Shown here: piece by piece, positions 28,506-41,733 of the stretch
How the letters are laid out: every line of letters begins with the position of its first letter
How positions within the stretch are numbered: position 1 is the first letter of the stretch
Assembly: GCA_951406725.2 (NCBI GenBank)
Contig: OX597834.1
Location: 37,758,001-37,822,000 of the forward strand
Length of the DNA stretch: 64,000 nucleotides
Origin: Octopus vulgaris
Taxonomy: Eukaryota
Direction of reading: 5' to 3'
The notes under the pieces: generated by a model
The model's input: the letters and a program-made list of their open reading frames with translations, nothing else
What the model was told of the DNA's origin: nothing
Databases searched by the model: none
Translations under genes and position numbers: made by a program

Positions 28506-28781
28506 AAGAGCGTGTGTATCCTTGCATGTGTATGAATGTAAATGTGCGAACATCTGCGTGTATGTGTATATATGTGTATGTATGTCCGTGTGTGCGCGTG
28601 TGTATTCATACGTGCATGCGTACACACATACATGCATGCATACATACATACATACATACATACATACATACATACATACATACATACATACATACATACA
28701 TACATACATACATACATACATACATACATACATACATACATACATACATACATACATACATACTAACACACATGCATACAT

Positions 28782-29470
28782 ACCCCGAGGACAAAGAAAT
28801 AAGAAATCCCAGTTTGGTAGAAGCCATAACCACTCATAATAAGAAGGAATTCTGGAGGAATGTCCAAGTGAAGACCTCAATAAAATGTAGGCACAACAGT
28901 CCTGATATAATGATTTGGGACAGAGAAGCGAAACTGTGTACATTTGTGGAAATTAGCTGCCCAGTGGATGTTAACATAAAGCTGAAGATCAATGAAAAAG
29001 AGAACACCTATGCTGAACTATTGAGGAATCTGCTGTTACTCTATCCAGGTTACAAGTTTAGGTTAATACCCGTAATTATTGGGGCCCTGAGATATGTAAC
29101 ACATTGCCTAAATATTAATCTTGAGAAATTAGGCTTCTCAAAACCAGAAAGGAGAAAGCTAATTCGAAGACCACAGATCCAATCCATTTCTGGAATGTAA
29201 AAATCTGTAAATCTTTCCACAAGGCTATCATTTAAATATATATGAGCATGTCTAGATACATAACTATACGTATGAGAATACATACATAGAACATACAAAT
29301 CTGCACATGCATGCATACATACATACATACATAAATACATACATACATACATACATACAAAACTACATAGTTGTTGCTATTGAAATTCCAATGAAGGAGC
29401 CTTGGGTCTAGATTAGAAACCGGTTCTTTCCCTATTGGCAAGAGATCTTGAAATAAACTGAATAATGACA
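28782..29470 (+). mobile_element. 5'-truncated RLE-type non-LTR retrotransposon in (ACAT)n
   Basis: KEFWRNVQVKTSIKCRHNSPDIMIWDREAKLCTFVEISCPVDVNI...EKENTYAELL...LIPVIIGAL; 3' UTR ends at an ACAT/AC repeat and the 5' end abuts (ACAT)n. Confidence 0.85.
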
Positions 29471-29903
29471 TACACACACACATACAAGCATATATACATT
29501 AATACAATATACATATATACATAATAGATACACACGTATGAAATTCAGCCAGATAGTCTTAAGTCGTATAAGCTAGAGATTAAACTGCTTAGTGTGCACA
29601 ACGACTGAATGGGTACTCGGGGCTACGACTTCATATTTATGGGAATGAAATAAGCTGGAAGAATGGACTCAAAAACTATAAGGCCAGTGAATTGGTAAAT
29701 TCCTAATTCCTAGCGATATTCCTTCCGTCTCTTTGCGCTGAGTTGGAATGCCTTCGAGTCAAACTTCGTCTTTTATTTCTCATTCTCGTGTAGATCAGAT
29801 ATATTACCAGTCATGTGACATAACGCTTGGATTACCCCGAAAGCATGCATACGAATATTTTCTTTGTGTAACGTATATGCTGTATTACTGTATTATTGTA
29901 AAC

Positions 29904-29952
<49 letters not shown>

Positions 29953-30149
29953 GTACGCATTAATACACACAAAAATCTCACCTCGTTTTTACATTTTGGC
30001 GTTTTTGCTGAGATTTTTTTCTTGAGAACACATTCTTCGTGGTAATGGCGATTTGACGTCTATGTTTAGCATATAGGGTATCCACTTTAGTGGTCATTCC
30101 TCTTAATTTTGTTTATGTGTATATATATTTATTATTTATTTATTTATTT

Positions 30150-30196
<47 letters not shown>

Positions 30197-30274
30197 ACGT
30201 GTATTTTTAAATATGTGAGGTCATCAGGTCAGAGCGAGAAGATAAACGTGTACACACTCATATGTACACAGGCA

Positions 30275-30276
<2 letters not shown>

Positions 30277-30344
<68 letters not shown>

Positions 30345-30349
30345 TGATG

Positions 30350-30395
<46 letters not shown>

Positions 30396-30415
30396 CAACA
30401 ACAACAACAATAATG

Positions 30416-30470
<55 letters not shown>

Positions 30471-30487
30471 CAACAACAACAATAATG

Positions 30488-30568
<81 letters not shown>
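30277..30568. repeat. (AAT)n/(AAC)n array
   Basis: Directly visible. Confidence 0.95.
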
Positions 30569-30986
<418 letters not shown>

Positions 30987-31286
30987 TAGTAATAATAATA
31001 ATGATAGAAATAATAATTCTTTCTACTGGTAGGCAGAACGCCTGAAATTCCGGGGGAAGAGATTAAGTCGATTACGTCGACCCCAGTGCGTAACTGGTAC
31101 TTATTTAATCGACCCCGAAAAGATGAAAGGCGAATAGGGCACAAGTACGCCAAAGCCTCACACACAAACATAAACATACATAAACACACACACACACACA
31201 CTCTCACAGACGCACATCACATACAATTACAATCCCCCTACACACTCAGAGAGGCATACTAGCCGTAACTGGTAACCGATATTCAG

Positions 31287-31532
31287 TCAATGCTGTTGAT
31301 AGAAGGAGAACAGAAGGAGCAGCGATCGAATGAGGTTCGGATACTTCCAGACAAATGTCGCAGACGACGACGATGATGACGCACGACACATAAGTGTGTG
31401 GTTGTTGCACAGGGATGTCTTGCAGCACATTTTCTGCAGGTTTGGTACCTTCGACAGGCAGGGACATTCTTTGGAATTGTTAAGGCACTGGAATTTGATG
31501 AAGAAAGAATCTTCTCGCTGAAGGATTTCTAT
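31287..31532 (-). CDS. Ly6/uPAR (three-finger) protein, terminal coding exon with GPI-anchor-like tail
   Basis: Acceptor ttttactttcatctttacatttttgaatctaatttcag|ATA; 246 nt open to TGA: IEILQREDSFFIKFQCLNNSKECPCLSKVPNLQKMCCKTSLCNNHTLMCRASSSSSSATFVWKYPNLIRSLLLLFSFYQQH*. Has the CCxxxxCN cysteine box, a small-residue (A/S) omega-like region and a hydrophobic C-terminus. Confidence 0.85.
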   Translation of the reverse strand: MEILQREDSFFIKFQCLNNSKECPCLSKVPNLQKMCCKTSLCNNHTLMCRASSSSSSATFVWKYPNLIRSLLLLFSFYQQH

Positions 31533-31624
31533 CTGAAATTAGATTCAAAAATGTAAAGATGAAAGTAAAATGCATATAAAAATCATTAAAATAAGCAGAT
31601 CGATATTCGATGTGTAATTAGTTC

Positions 31625-31906
31625 TTTTATTCTTTTACTTTTGTCAGTCATTTGACTGTGGCCATGCTAGAGCACTGCCTTAGTCGAAGAAATCTACTCC
31701 AAGACTTATTATTTTGTAAGCCTAGTATTTATTCTATCAGTCTCTCTTTGCCGAACCGATAAGTTACGGGGACGCAAACACACCAACATCGGTTGTCAGT
31801 CGATGGTGGGGGAACAAACACTGCCGCAAAGACATACGCACATGACTATATACATACACGCACACACACATACACGCACACACACATACACGCACACACA
31901 CATACA

Positions 31907-31947
<41 letters not shown>

Positions 31948-32080
31948 GACAGACTACTTTCAGTTTCCGTCTACCAAATCCACTCTCAAGGTTTTGGTTG
32001 GCCCGAGGTTCTAGTAAAATACACTTGCTCAACGTTCCACGCAGTGGGACTGAACTTTGAACCATGCGGTTGGGAAGCAA
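31625..32080 (-). mobile_element. SINE family B
   Basis: Tail-to-head match to family B. Confidence 0.85.
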
Positions 32081-33199
32081 ACGCTTTTGGCTGGTAAGGA
32101 TGCGGCCAACATTTTGTTAAGCAACAGATTTATTCAATCACATAGTCAGGTCCCAACTCGAACCAACAGCTTTGGGCTGTTTAAAGTCACCAACGGTGAC
32201 GAACATCTACTTCTGTATATTCATCGTAAATATATATTAGTTAAACGAACTTCAGCTTAGCTAAAATATTTTTGTGACATATTTCAACTTCTAAAAACAA
32301 ATTCACTGCAATTTCGTTGGAGAAAAAAATTCTCGCTTATGGTAAAGCATGTTTGCTCAGTGTCTTCCCCTAGCGGACTCTTAGACGCATTTAACTGACC
32401 TAAAGTTCATTTATTCCCCGTCACTGCTCAGCGCTGACACTATTATATTTATTTTGAAGAGGCAATCCGCAAGCATAACTTGGTCACAGATACTTCGGCA
32501 TCTCCTACTGAGGAAGGCTAATAAGCTAGAAACGTGTATTTTGCTTTATTTGACTTCTCACAAAGACATTAGTTTTAGAATTAAATCTAAAGAAAGCATA
32601 GTCAATCGGTGGTACTTTGAGACTTTCATAATGGTAGTGGTAGTATTGCGTACATAGTGTAATGCAATCTAAACTCTTCCTTCACCCCTTCATAAAAAAG
32701 AATTTTTTGTTTTGAGAAAGAGAAATAGCTTGAAAAAGTAAAAAGGTTTTCTTGTGAAACGACTATGAACAATAAAAATATCAATAACAGTAGCGGTTGA
32801 TTGGCAGATGCTGATAATATCGACAATAATAAAACAATAACAAAAGAGACATAGATATATGAAAAGCAACATTTGTCCAGCAATGCAGTTAACTGGGGAG
32901 AGGTGGATACGACAGCAATATCAATAAAAGAGAAACACTGGACGAAGTGTATTGCAAAGGACAATACTTCCTTGCCCGAGTGTTTCGGTGATGAAATAGA
33001 AAAAATAATGATGTTGTCTACATCTTCTTGAAAAACAGACAGGGAGATGACATGTCCTGTAAAGAGGATCTTTGACGGGCTTTGTTCAATGAGTAGCAGG
33101 AAATATATTATGTCGGACAGTAGTTAAGGTTTTGGCACAGTACTTCTAGAAGTGGTGAAGGAGGCTCAGAAACAGTCAGTGCTCGGGCGATACACATTA

Positions 33200-33900
33200 A
33201 CCTTTAAGTTGGTAACCGATTGTACGAGGCAAAGATTTATGGTGTGAAGTGCGACGACGTACTCCGAGAGACTGGGCGCCGACGAAAACGAACTGACCAG
33301 TCTGTTTCCGGTCGGGAACAATCATGGATAATTTCCAGATGTCCTTGGTCTGGCAGTACTACCGGGGCGGGCGCGGGGGGGGGCGCTACCGTTTCGAGAT
33401 AAACTCTACAGGAACAGATGAGTAGTCAGACGGACTTGCCCGAGGTGCGCGCAGAGTGACGAAACAGTTCTGCAACGCCCTCGTTCAGTGTCCGGGCATT
33501 GCTGACTTGTGGGTTTATGTTGAACAGCTGCTGTCACGTGTGGGACGGATCCGTCTGTCGGCCGAGTCGGTACTGGTGATCGCACTGGCAAGGCAGTTTT
33601 CCTTTGCTTGGTGGATGTGACGAAAGAGGTTGTTTGGTGGATAAGGCCGAAATGAATGAGGGTAGATACATTCCTCTTTGGTAGAACTCTCAATTGAAAA
33701 GGAAACTGAGAGTAGAGAGGGAAGTGCTGTCCTCGAGTGAGTTTATTGAAAGGTGGGTGAAACTTGTGAAAATGGCAAGAGTAGATGGTACCTCTCTGAG
33801 TGTAGACCTGTGAGTCGGAGAGAAGGAACAGTAGAGGGCACATGCTCCTAGGTTTTCTAGGAAATCTCGATTATCCCTAGAGGCCTTCCTGTATCAGAAG
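33200..33900 (+). mobile_element. L1/Tx1-like LINE ORF2 C-terminal fragment (zf-RVT-type zinc finger)
   Basis: ALPFRDKLYRNR*VVRRTCPRCAQSDETVL(fs)ALVQCPGIADLWVYVEQLL...KEVVWWIR...LKRKLRVERE...FIERW. Confidence 0.8.
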
Positions 33901-33967
33901 GGACACATCTTTATCATCCTTGCTGCCACGTATTTTTTACTAATTTTTGTATGCCATGTGTATATAT

Positions 33968-34275
33968 GTGGAGGCGCAATGGCCCAGTGGTTAGGGCAGC
34001 GGATTCGCGGTCGTAGGATCGCGGTTTCGATTCCCAGACCGGACGTTGTGTGTGTTTATTGAGCAAAAACACCTAAAAAGCACCACGAGGCTCCGGCAGG
34101 GGGTGGTGATCCCTGCTGTACTCTTTCACCACTCTTTCTCTCACTCTTTCTTCTGTTGGCCTGCTCGCTTAGCCGGCGGGGTGGCGTAATTTGAAGGCTA
34201 AAACAATGCGAACGCATTGTGACCAGCGATGTGTTGCAACATCTGATGGTCTGGTCGGTCACGTGATCACGGGAT
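33968..34275 (+). mobile_element. tRNA-derived SINE family C, tail type 1
   Basis: ggaggcgcaatggcccagtggttagggcagcggattcgcggtcgtaggatcgcggtttcgattccc (A and B boxes); same head as 60507. Confidence 0.85.
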
Positions 34276-34577
34276 GTGTATATATATATATATATATATA
34301 TCTCTTCTTTTTCCGTGTATACTTCCTTATTTTTTTTTATTGCGGAAGACAACTCTACCTTTCATCTTTCCGGGTTCGATAAAATAAGTACCAGTCATTT
34401 ACTGGCGTCGAAGTAATTGATTTACACCCCCACACCCCACCCCATACAATTTCACCCCATGTTCCTATTCTAGAAACAACTAGTAATATTATTTTTGCGC
34501 TTGTTGTTGTTTTCAGATATAGTAGTAGTAGTAGTAGTAGTAGCAGCAGCAGCAGTAGCAGCAGCAGCAGTAGTAGC

Positions 34578-34609
<32 letters not shown>

Positions 34610-34726
34610 CAGCAGCAGCAGCAGTAGCAGCAGCAGTAGTAGCAGCAGTAGTAGTAGTAGTGGTAGTAGTAGTAGCAGCAGAAATAGCAGCAGTAATAGC
34701 AGCAGCAGTAGTAGTAGTACTAGTAC

Positions 34727-34767
<41 letters not shown>

Positions 34768-35081
34768 ATGCCATTGGCGTTGTTGTTGTTGTTCTTTTTG
34801 TTGTTGCTGTTGTTGTTGTCGCCGTTGTTGTTAATATTATTATTATTGTAATGGAGTCTGATTGTACTTATGGTTTAGATTTATTTTAATGAATTCAGCT
34901 GAGTAGAGTTTTATTGAAAGAAATCGTTGACTGTTCCGTCTTGACAGCTCCTAGCTGGATCAATAGTGCCAGAGATATTTTAAGAATGGTAAATCACTGT
35001 TCCCAACTTTCACAGACAATGTAATGTCATGAATAGAAGCAATTAAAATGACAGTCGCGTCTCTAAAGACACAGACAACAG

Positions 35082-35117
<36 letters not shown>

Positions 35118-35363
35118 CTGTACGAATACATACATTATATATATATATACATATACATATATGCACACATATACACATACGAACACACACGTGAAGATTC
35201 TTAGAGACTCAAACACATATACACACATATACACACATACGCACACTACAGAGACATACACGCACAAACACACCAACTACACACATACATACGCACACAC
35301 ACACACGCGCCGAGAAGACCCATACACACCCGTCAACTCACATACAAATGCAAATACATACAA

Positions 35364-35397
<34 letters not shown>

Positions 35398-35478
35398 GTA
35401 TACTCTTTTAGGAGACACACACATACCAACAGGTGCATGCACATACGAATATACGTTCATACGCTTATTAACATACAT

Positions 35479-35540
<62 letters not shown>

Positions 35541-36278
35541 GTATATATATATATATGCATACACACAGACACCAAGTCATACACACAATCTCCAGAGGCA
35601 TAAAAACACACCAACGTATATACACAAACTGCACAGACACACATATATACCATCGCATATATATATATATATACACACATACACACACAAGCACATTCTA
35701 ACACACATCCCTGCGCATACACGCACATCCATTCACATACACACACACACACACACACTCTAACACACTTCCATATCCATGTACACACATGCTCTAACAT
35801 GCATCCACACACATTCACATACACACACTCACTCTAACACATCCATACACAAACACATACACGCTCTGACACATATCCATACACACACACACACACATGT
35901 ACACATCAATACACCCGCATTCTCTCCCTTTGTCACCTTTTCTTTCAATGGTGTATTGCGTGTCTATGTGCATGAGCTTGGATGCATATGCATGAGCTTG
36001 TGCGCGTATGTGCATCTATAATTTTGTATGTGTGTGTGTGTGTGTGTGTGTGTCCGTGCGTGCATGACTAGCTGTGTGTATTTTATGTGTGCGTGTATGT
36101 TTGTGGTGGAGTAGCTAAACGTTGGAAAAATTATTCCTTAACAATCTTTATATATGTGTATACACATATTTACGCATGAATAATTATGTGTATGCATATG
36201 CGTATATGCATGCAGAGATGAATGTGTGTAGGCATGGCTATATAAATGCATACGTGTGTGTGTACATATATATATATA

Positions 36279-36364
<86 letters not shown>

Positions 36365-36599
36365 CTTGCATGTTTGTCGTATATGTGCATAAATTAATGT
36401 ATTTATGTTAATATGTTCGTAATGTTTGTATGTAATATAAGCATTTGTTATGCTTGGAGAAGTGTTTTATATTTTTACACACACACACGTATATATATAC
36501 ACTGTATTATATATATACATATTTACATATTTATATGTGTACGTATATGTATGTGTATGTATGTGTATCTTCGTATTATGTATGAGTATGTATATATAG

Positions 36600-36696
<97 letters not shown>

Positions 36697-36739
36697 ATAT
36701 ATATATGTATGCATGTACATATGTTTAGGCCTGGATATT

Positions 36740-36803
<64 letters not shown>

Positions 36804-37061
36804 TGTCTTTTTGTTCGTATCTGGATGCTTGGAGGGATCTATGCATATATGTATTTTCTTATGTTAGTGATTGAAACGTGTGCCTGCTCTGCATATATTA
36901 GCATATATTAATCTGTAGCTGAGAGGCAGAGAATGCGAGTGATGTGTCGTTTGTCATGTTGCCTTTCATTCTACTGATCGTGTCAAAGATGTGTCTCCCA
37001 GTCATTGTTCTGCTAATATTCAGGAAGACTCTTGTTGCACCGTGAAGCTACAATAAAGACG

Positions 37062-37132
37062 GGCAGTGTCTTGGTGGGTAGGAATCCTGAAATGCGTCGG
37101 AGAGGTCGGAGGTTCGATCCCACCCTCTGTCG
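37062..37132 (+). ncRNA. tRNA-like Pol III unit (non-canonical anticodon arm), copy 1
   Basis: 71 nt; acceptor-like GGCAGTG/CTCTGTC, T-arm GGAGG-TTCGATC-CCACC with B box GGTTCGATCCC, variable loop AGGTC, A-box-like TGTCTTGGTGG; the anticodon arm does not fold canonically. Confidence 0.5.
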
Positions 37133-37399
37133 CGTCGAAACTGAGTCTTGTGAGAGGTTACCATATTTAGCAATATTGTCGTTGATGTTGTTGCTGATGT
37201 TTAAGCGTACCCCCAATAAAGGACAGTTCAGATCAAAATAATCAGTAAATACACCCCTAATCATCCAGTCGTACTCTGCTGTCTCAAATAATGAAAGTTA
37301 ACACTAACCACAAGATAATGTAGACTTAGGTTTTCTTAAAATAAGCAGGATGGTCATGAATGGAATGCTTTTGATTATTACTATCAACAGCAACAAAAG

Positions 37400-37806
37400 A
37401 CGCAGGCGTAGCTGTGCACTAAGAAGTTTGCTTCCTACCACATGGTTCTGGGTTCAGTCCCACTGCGTGGCACCTTGGACAAGTGTCTTCCACTATAGCC
37501 TCAAGCCGACGAAACTTTTGTGAATGGCTTTGGTAGGCGGAAACTAAAAGAAGCCCATTCGCATTTATTTATGTATATCTATGTGAGTGCGTCTTTGTGT
37601 CTGTGTTTGTCGTCGACCAGCGTTTGACAACAGGTGTTGGTTTGCTTACGTCACCGTAACATTAGCGGTTCGACAAAAGTGATCGATAGAATAAATAAAA
37701 AGCTAATAAAAAAAAATTAATAAAAAAAATTCATTCGACTAAAGATTCTTCAAGGCAGTGCCCCAGCATGGCCGCAGTTTAATGAATGAAACAAATAAAG
37801 AGTAAA
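37400..37806 (+). mobile_element. SINE family B in the spacer of the inverted duplication
   Basis: Head and tail match family B. Confidence 0.8.
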
Positions 37807-37867
37807 AAAGAAAATCAAAGGTAATATTGGTAAATATGTTAACCTCTCACGAAACTCAGTTTTGACG

Positions 37868-37938
37868 CGACAGAGGGTGGGATCGAACCTCCGACCTCTC
37901 CGACGCATTTCAGGATTCCTACCCACCAAGACACTGCC
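37868..37938 (-). ncRNA. tRNA-like Pol III unit, copy 2 (identical to copy 1)
   Basis: Exact reverse complement of 37062-37132. Confidence 0.5.
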
Positions 37939-38475
37939 CGTCTTTATTGTAGCTTCACGGTGCAACAAGAGTCTTCCTGAATATTAGCAGAACAATGACT
38001 GGGAGACACATCTTTGACACGATCTGTAGGATGAACGGCAACATGACAAACGACACGTCACTCGCATTCTATGCCTCTCAGCTACAGATTAATATATGCT
38101 AATATATGCAGAACAGGCACACGTTTCAATCACTAACATAAGAAAATACATATATGCATCGATCCCTCAAGCATCCAGATATATACAAAAAACATGCATA
38201 TATATATATATGTGTGTGTGTGTGTGTATAACTAAGGAACGTTTACGCTATATATATATGTATACATATACCTACATATATACATATATATATATGTATT
38301 TATATATGCACATACATATATATATATATACGTATATGTAAGTATGTATCTATGTGCGTCTGCATATATATAAATATATACATATATATATATGCATATG
38401 CACATAGATACATACACACATACATCTACATATATACGTATATATATTTATTTATATATATTTATGTATATATAA

Positions 38476-38528
<53 letters not shown>

Positions 38529-38666
38529 TGTATGTATGTATGTATATATGTAGGTATATATATGCATATATATAGCGTAAACGTTCCTTATTTAAATAGA
38601 TATATACACAGACGTATATATATATATATGTAATTACACATATATATATATGCATGTGTATATGCA

Positions 38667-38719
<53 letters not shown>

Positions 38720-39154
38720 TATAATATATATAATATATATAATATATAACGTAAAAGTTCTCTAGTTCTTTCCTCTTCTTTGCTTCATATAACTCAATAA
38801 TTAGCCACCATCACAATTAGATGATATGCATATCACCTCATTTTTGCATTGGTTCAACTAAAATTGATGCGCAAACCCTTATTAAAAGACGTTCACCGAT
38901 TACCTCTGAAGATGGACCTAAGCACGTTTCAGAAAATAGCAACACTATGTAAACATTGTAAATGAATTCTCGTGCGTCTTCTGTTAAACGTGAATGTTTT
39001 GTTATCCTCAGTGGTATTTGTGTATTTGTCAGCAGTATATTCTTTATTCAGTTTTACCATTCTTGTTAACTAGCAGCATCGTTGCTAAAGTTGTTCTCTT
39101 CTCTTCATGTTCTTCAAGATATGTCGAATATATGTTCCAAGAAATGATACACTG

Positions 39155-39490
39155 TGGAGGACTATCAGGAGCTGACTTGAGAAATCAGGAAACTATGGAG
39201 AATCAGACAGGTAGAAGTGGTACCGATCATGGCTGGCGCACTGGGAGCAGTTAGTAGAAGATTGAATGCATGGTTGGGGAAGCTAGGAATTACCATCAGA
39301 ACGAGGCAGTTGCAGAAAACAGCTTTGTTAGGAACAGCAAGGATTCTAAGGAGGGAATTAGAATGCTGAAGGAGAAGGAATGACCCAAAGGACTTTGGAC
39401 ATTTGATAATGCTCGCTCTTTTTGCTAGGGTGTCGGTATAAGATCTGCCAGAGCAAAAGCGTCAATGACAAAAATACCAACAACAATACT
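39155..39490 (+). mobile_element. R4/Dong-like 3' end (RLE C-terminus and 3' UTR)
   Basis: YQELT*EIRKLWRIRQVEVVPIMAGALGAV...LQKTALLGTARILRREL. Confidence 0.85.
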
Positions 39491-39619
39491 GAAACCTATA
39501 TCAGGCTTACCATCCCTACAGGAAGTGCAAAAAATCGTGTTAATTGGAACGACTCATGTACTGAGAAGAGCATTATCGCTGTGAAAACAACATCCTTTCA
39601 TGAATTTATTTATTTATGA

Positions 39620-39789
39620 ATTTTTTTAAATACATATTTTACCTGTGAATTTGCGTGTGTAATCTGGGAATGCATACAAGGAGCTTCTCTGCCCTAGGTG
39701 TACGGAAAACCCCGGGCGGGAAATGGAAAAACATTTGAAGGAAAAACAACAACAACAATAATAATACTAATACTAATAATAATAATAAT

Positions 39790-39860
<71 letters not shown>

Positions 39861-39990
39861 TAAAAAAATGAACGAACTAGTGAGTTTAGTTTAATGGCCT
39901 ACCAATGTATACTATGAGTTTCTTTGCCCTAGGAGACGGAAAGACACTCGGCAAGAAATGGAAGCAAATTTGAAAGAAGATGAAAAAAAA
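39620..39990 (+). mobile_element. Two short 3'-UTR ends of an R4/Dong-like family, each followed by (TAA)n
   Basis: gagYttctYtgccctagg...ggaaa.ac.c.ggc..gaaatggaa occurs twice; the same UTR lies downstream of the RLE ORF at 63220-63300 (minus). Confidence 0.7.
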
Positions 39991-40009
39991 ATAATAATAA
40001 TAATAACAA

Positions 40010-40700
40010 TATTATTTATGGATGATTTAAAACTATTTGCGAAGGATGAGGACGAAATTGTTAGCTTAACATTTATTAAAAACCTGATTAGTTAGAATAT
40101 TGGGATTTTAAAAATGTGGCGTTGTAATCCTGAAACGTGGAAAGCTAACAAAGAGTAGAAGGATTGATCTTGAGAATGGCCTGATTATTAAAGAAGTGAG
40201 AGAGGAAGGATACAAGTATTTGGAAGTCTTCGAGTTGGATAAGATCAAAAAGAAAGAAAGGAAGGACACGTTGAAAACATAATATTTTAGGAGGATGAGA
40301 CTTGTAATGTCGTGTAAATTGAATTGAAGGAACAAAATGAAGGCAACAAATATATGGGTTGTGTCTTTCATGCGCTACGGGGCGGGAGAATATTACATGA
40401 AGGAAAGATGAATTAGAAAGTATTTATAGGAAAACAAGGAAATTTGATGCTACTGCACAGAGAAATCCATCCACAGAGTGATGTTGCAAGGCTTTGTGTT
40501 GGAAGGATGAGAGCGGGCGGCAGAAGACTAATAAGTTGTGAAGATTGCATCAAAGGTGAAGGAAGCAACCTAGCTTGGCACCTTAAAGGTGTAAAGAGTA
40601 ACACCATGTCAAAAGTAAGAGACCTCAACAGTCTGTAATCTGATGAAGCATTAATACCGAATGAATGCAAAAAGAGAGTTTTAAAAGAACTTTCTGAAAG
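40010..40700 (+). mobile_element. R4/Dong-like reverse transcriptase fragment
   Basis: LFMDDLKLFAK...KCGVVILKRGKL...GYKYL...YFRRMRLV...NKMKATNIW...RYGAG...HPQSDVARL...GGRRL; stops and frameshifts. Confidence 0.9.
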
Positions 40701-40749
40701 GGAGTGGGTTATCATTCAAGAGAATTTGAATTCCAGAAGAGAGTTAAAA

Positions 40750-41240
40750 GAGAAATTTCGGTGGAACATTTAAAAAAATTTTTTTGAATTTTCAGAAAAT
40801 ATTTGCTAATTTGTGTTCTACACACGGGAATTCATACGATTATGAATTATTTTTTTTTCAAATTTTCAACCCCCACCCATAAAAAATTTCGAATTTTTTA
40901 AAATCCTAGTTTAAAATGCGAACAATCCGAATTTTTTTTATTAAACCCCAGCAATGGACTACCTTGAGTGCATCATCATTTCATCAAATGCGTTTATGGG
41001 GAGAAAAATATTGAAATATATGTCTGTAACAAATAAATGAGAAAGGCATCAGGTGGTCGTGAAGTGTGCTAAAAACAACAGCTAAATCGTCCTTCAGACA
41101 CACAAATTTTTTTTTTCATGATGTATAAATCCCCGTGTATAAAACACAATTTCGCAAAATTTTTCTGAAAATTCCAAAAGTTCAAAAAGTCTTAATGGGG
41201 TTTATGAGGTGCTTAAATCAGACTTCCGCCGAACTTTCTT
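40750..41240. mobile_element. MITE-like element with about 100-bp imperfect inverted ends
   Basis: gaattttcagaaaatatttgctaatttgtgttctacacacgggaattcatac versus gtataaatccccgtgtataaaacacaatttcgcaaaatttttctgaaaattc. Confidence 0.65.
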
Positions 41241-41733
41241 AAAGATAGTAGGTTGTTATTTAATAAATTTTGCTGCTGTTATTTCTAGCTGGTCTGGCGA
41301 CCTGGCAAAGCTACCTTCAAGTGGTTAATGCAGAAAATATTTACATGTAGAAATATGTGAAATGCAGTCATTTGTGAAGTATGTGAAATACAGAGAGAAA
41401 GAGGGAGAGAGAGAGATACATATATGCTATCAGAAAATTTAACAGCCGTTAAATATGCCGCAAATTAATCTCCCCGCCTCAAAAGAAAGGACGGACAGAT
41501 GATTTCATAATGCAGTCGTTGACACTCTTAAAAAGACTGGATGGTCATGGCAAGTAGGGAATGGTTACTAGGTGGTAAAATTTTGCTTCACAAATGTTTG
41601 CGGGTTCAGACCCACTATGTGACATCTTGGGCATGTGTCTGCGTCTGCGCAGTGGTCTGAAAATTTAGAATATATAAGCAGTTAGTTTTACATGTGGATC
41701 TGGCTGTGTTGTGTATTGGAAATCGAAAGGCTG

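Larger units (their letters stand above)
36800..38200. repeat. Inverted duplication, about 375-bp arms (36800-37177 and 37823-38200)
   Basis: Arms are reverse complements; 36976-37136 is identical to 38024-37864. Confidence 0.95.

Noticed and set aside
31246-31521. Track ORFs 31246..31467 (-) and 31330..31521 (+)
   Set aside because: Wrong frames; the spliced minus frame carrying CCKTSLCN explains the region.
33968-34045. Functional tRNA genes at 33968, 59823, 60507 and 26180
   Set aside because: They have A/B boxes but continue into SINE bodies, two have TSDs, and acceptor stems are not intact.
37032-37968. Duplicated ORFs MLHREATIKTGSVLVGRNPEMRRR on opposite strands
   Set aside because: A by-product of the inverted duplication; non-ATG start, no recognisable motif, and overlap with the tRNA-like unit.
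38904-38992. CTGAAGA-containing hammerhead candidate
   Set aside because: No GAAA core or matching stem I could be placed downstream.
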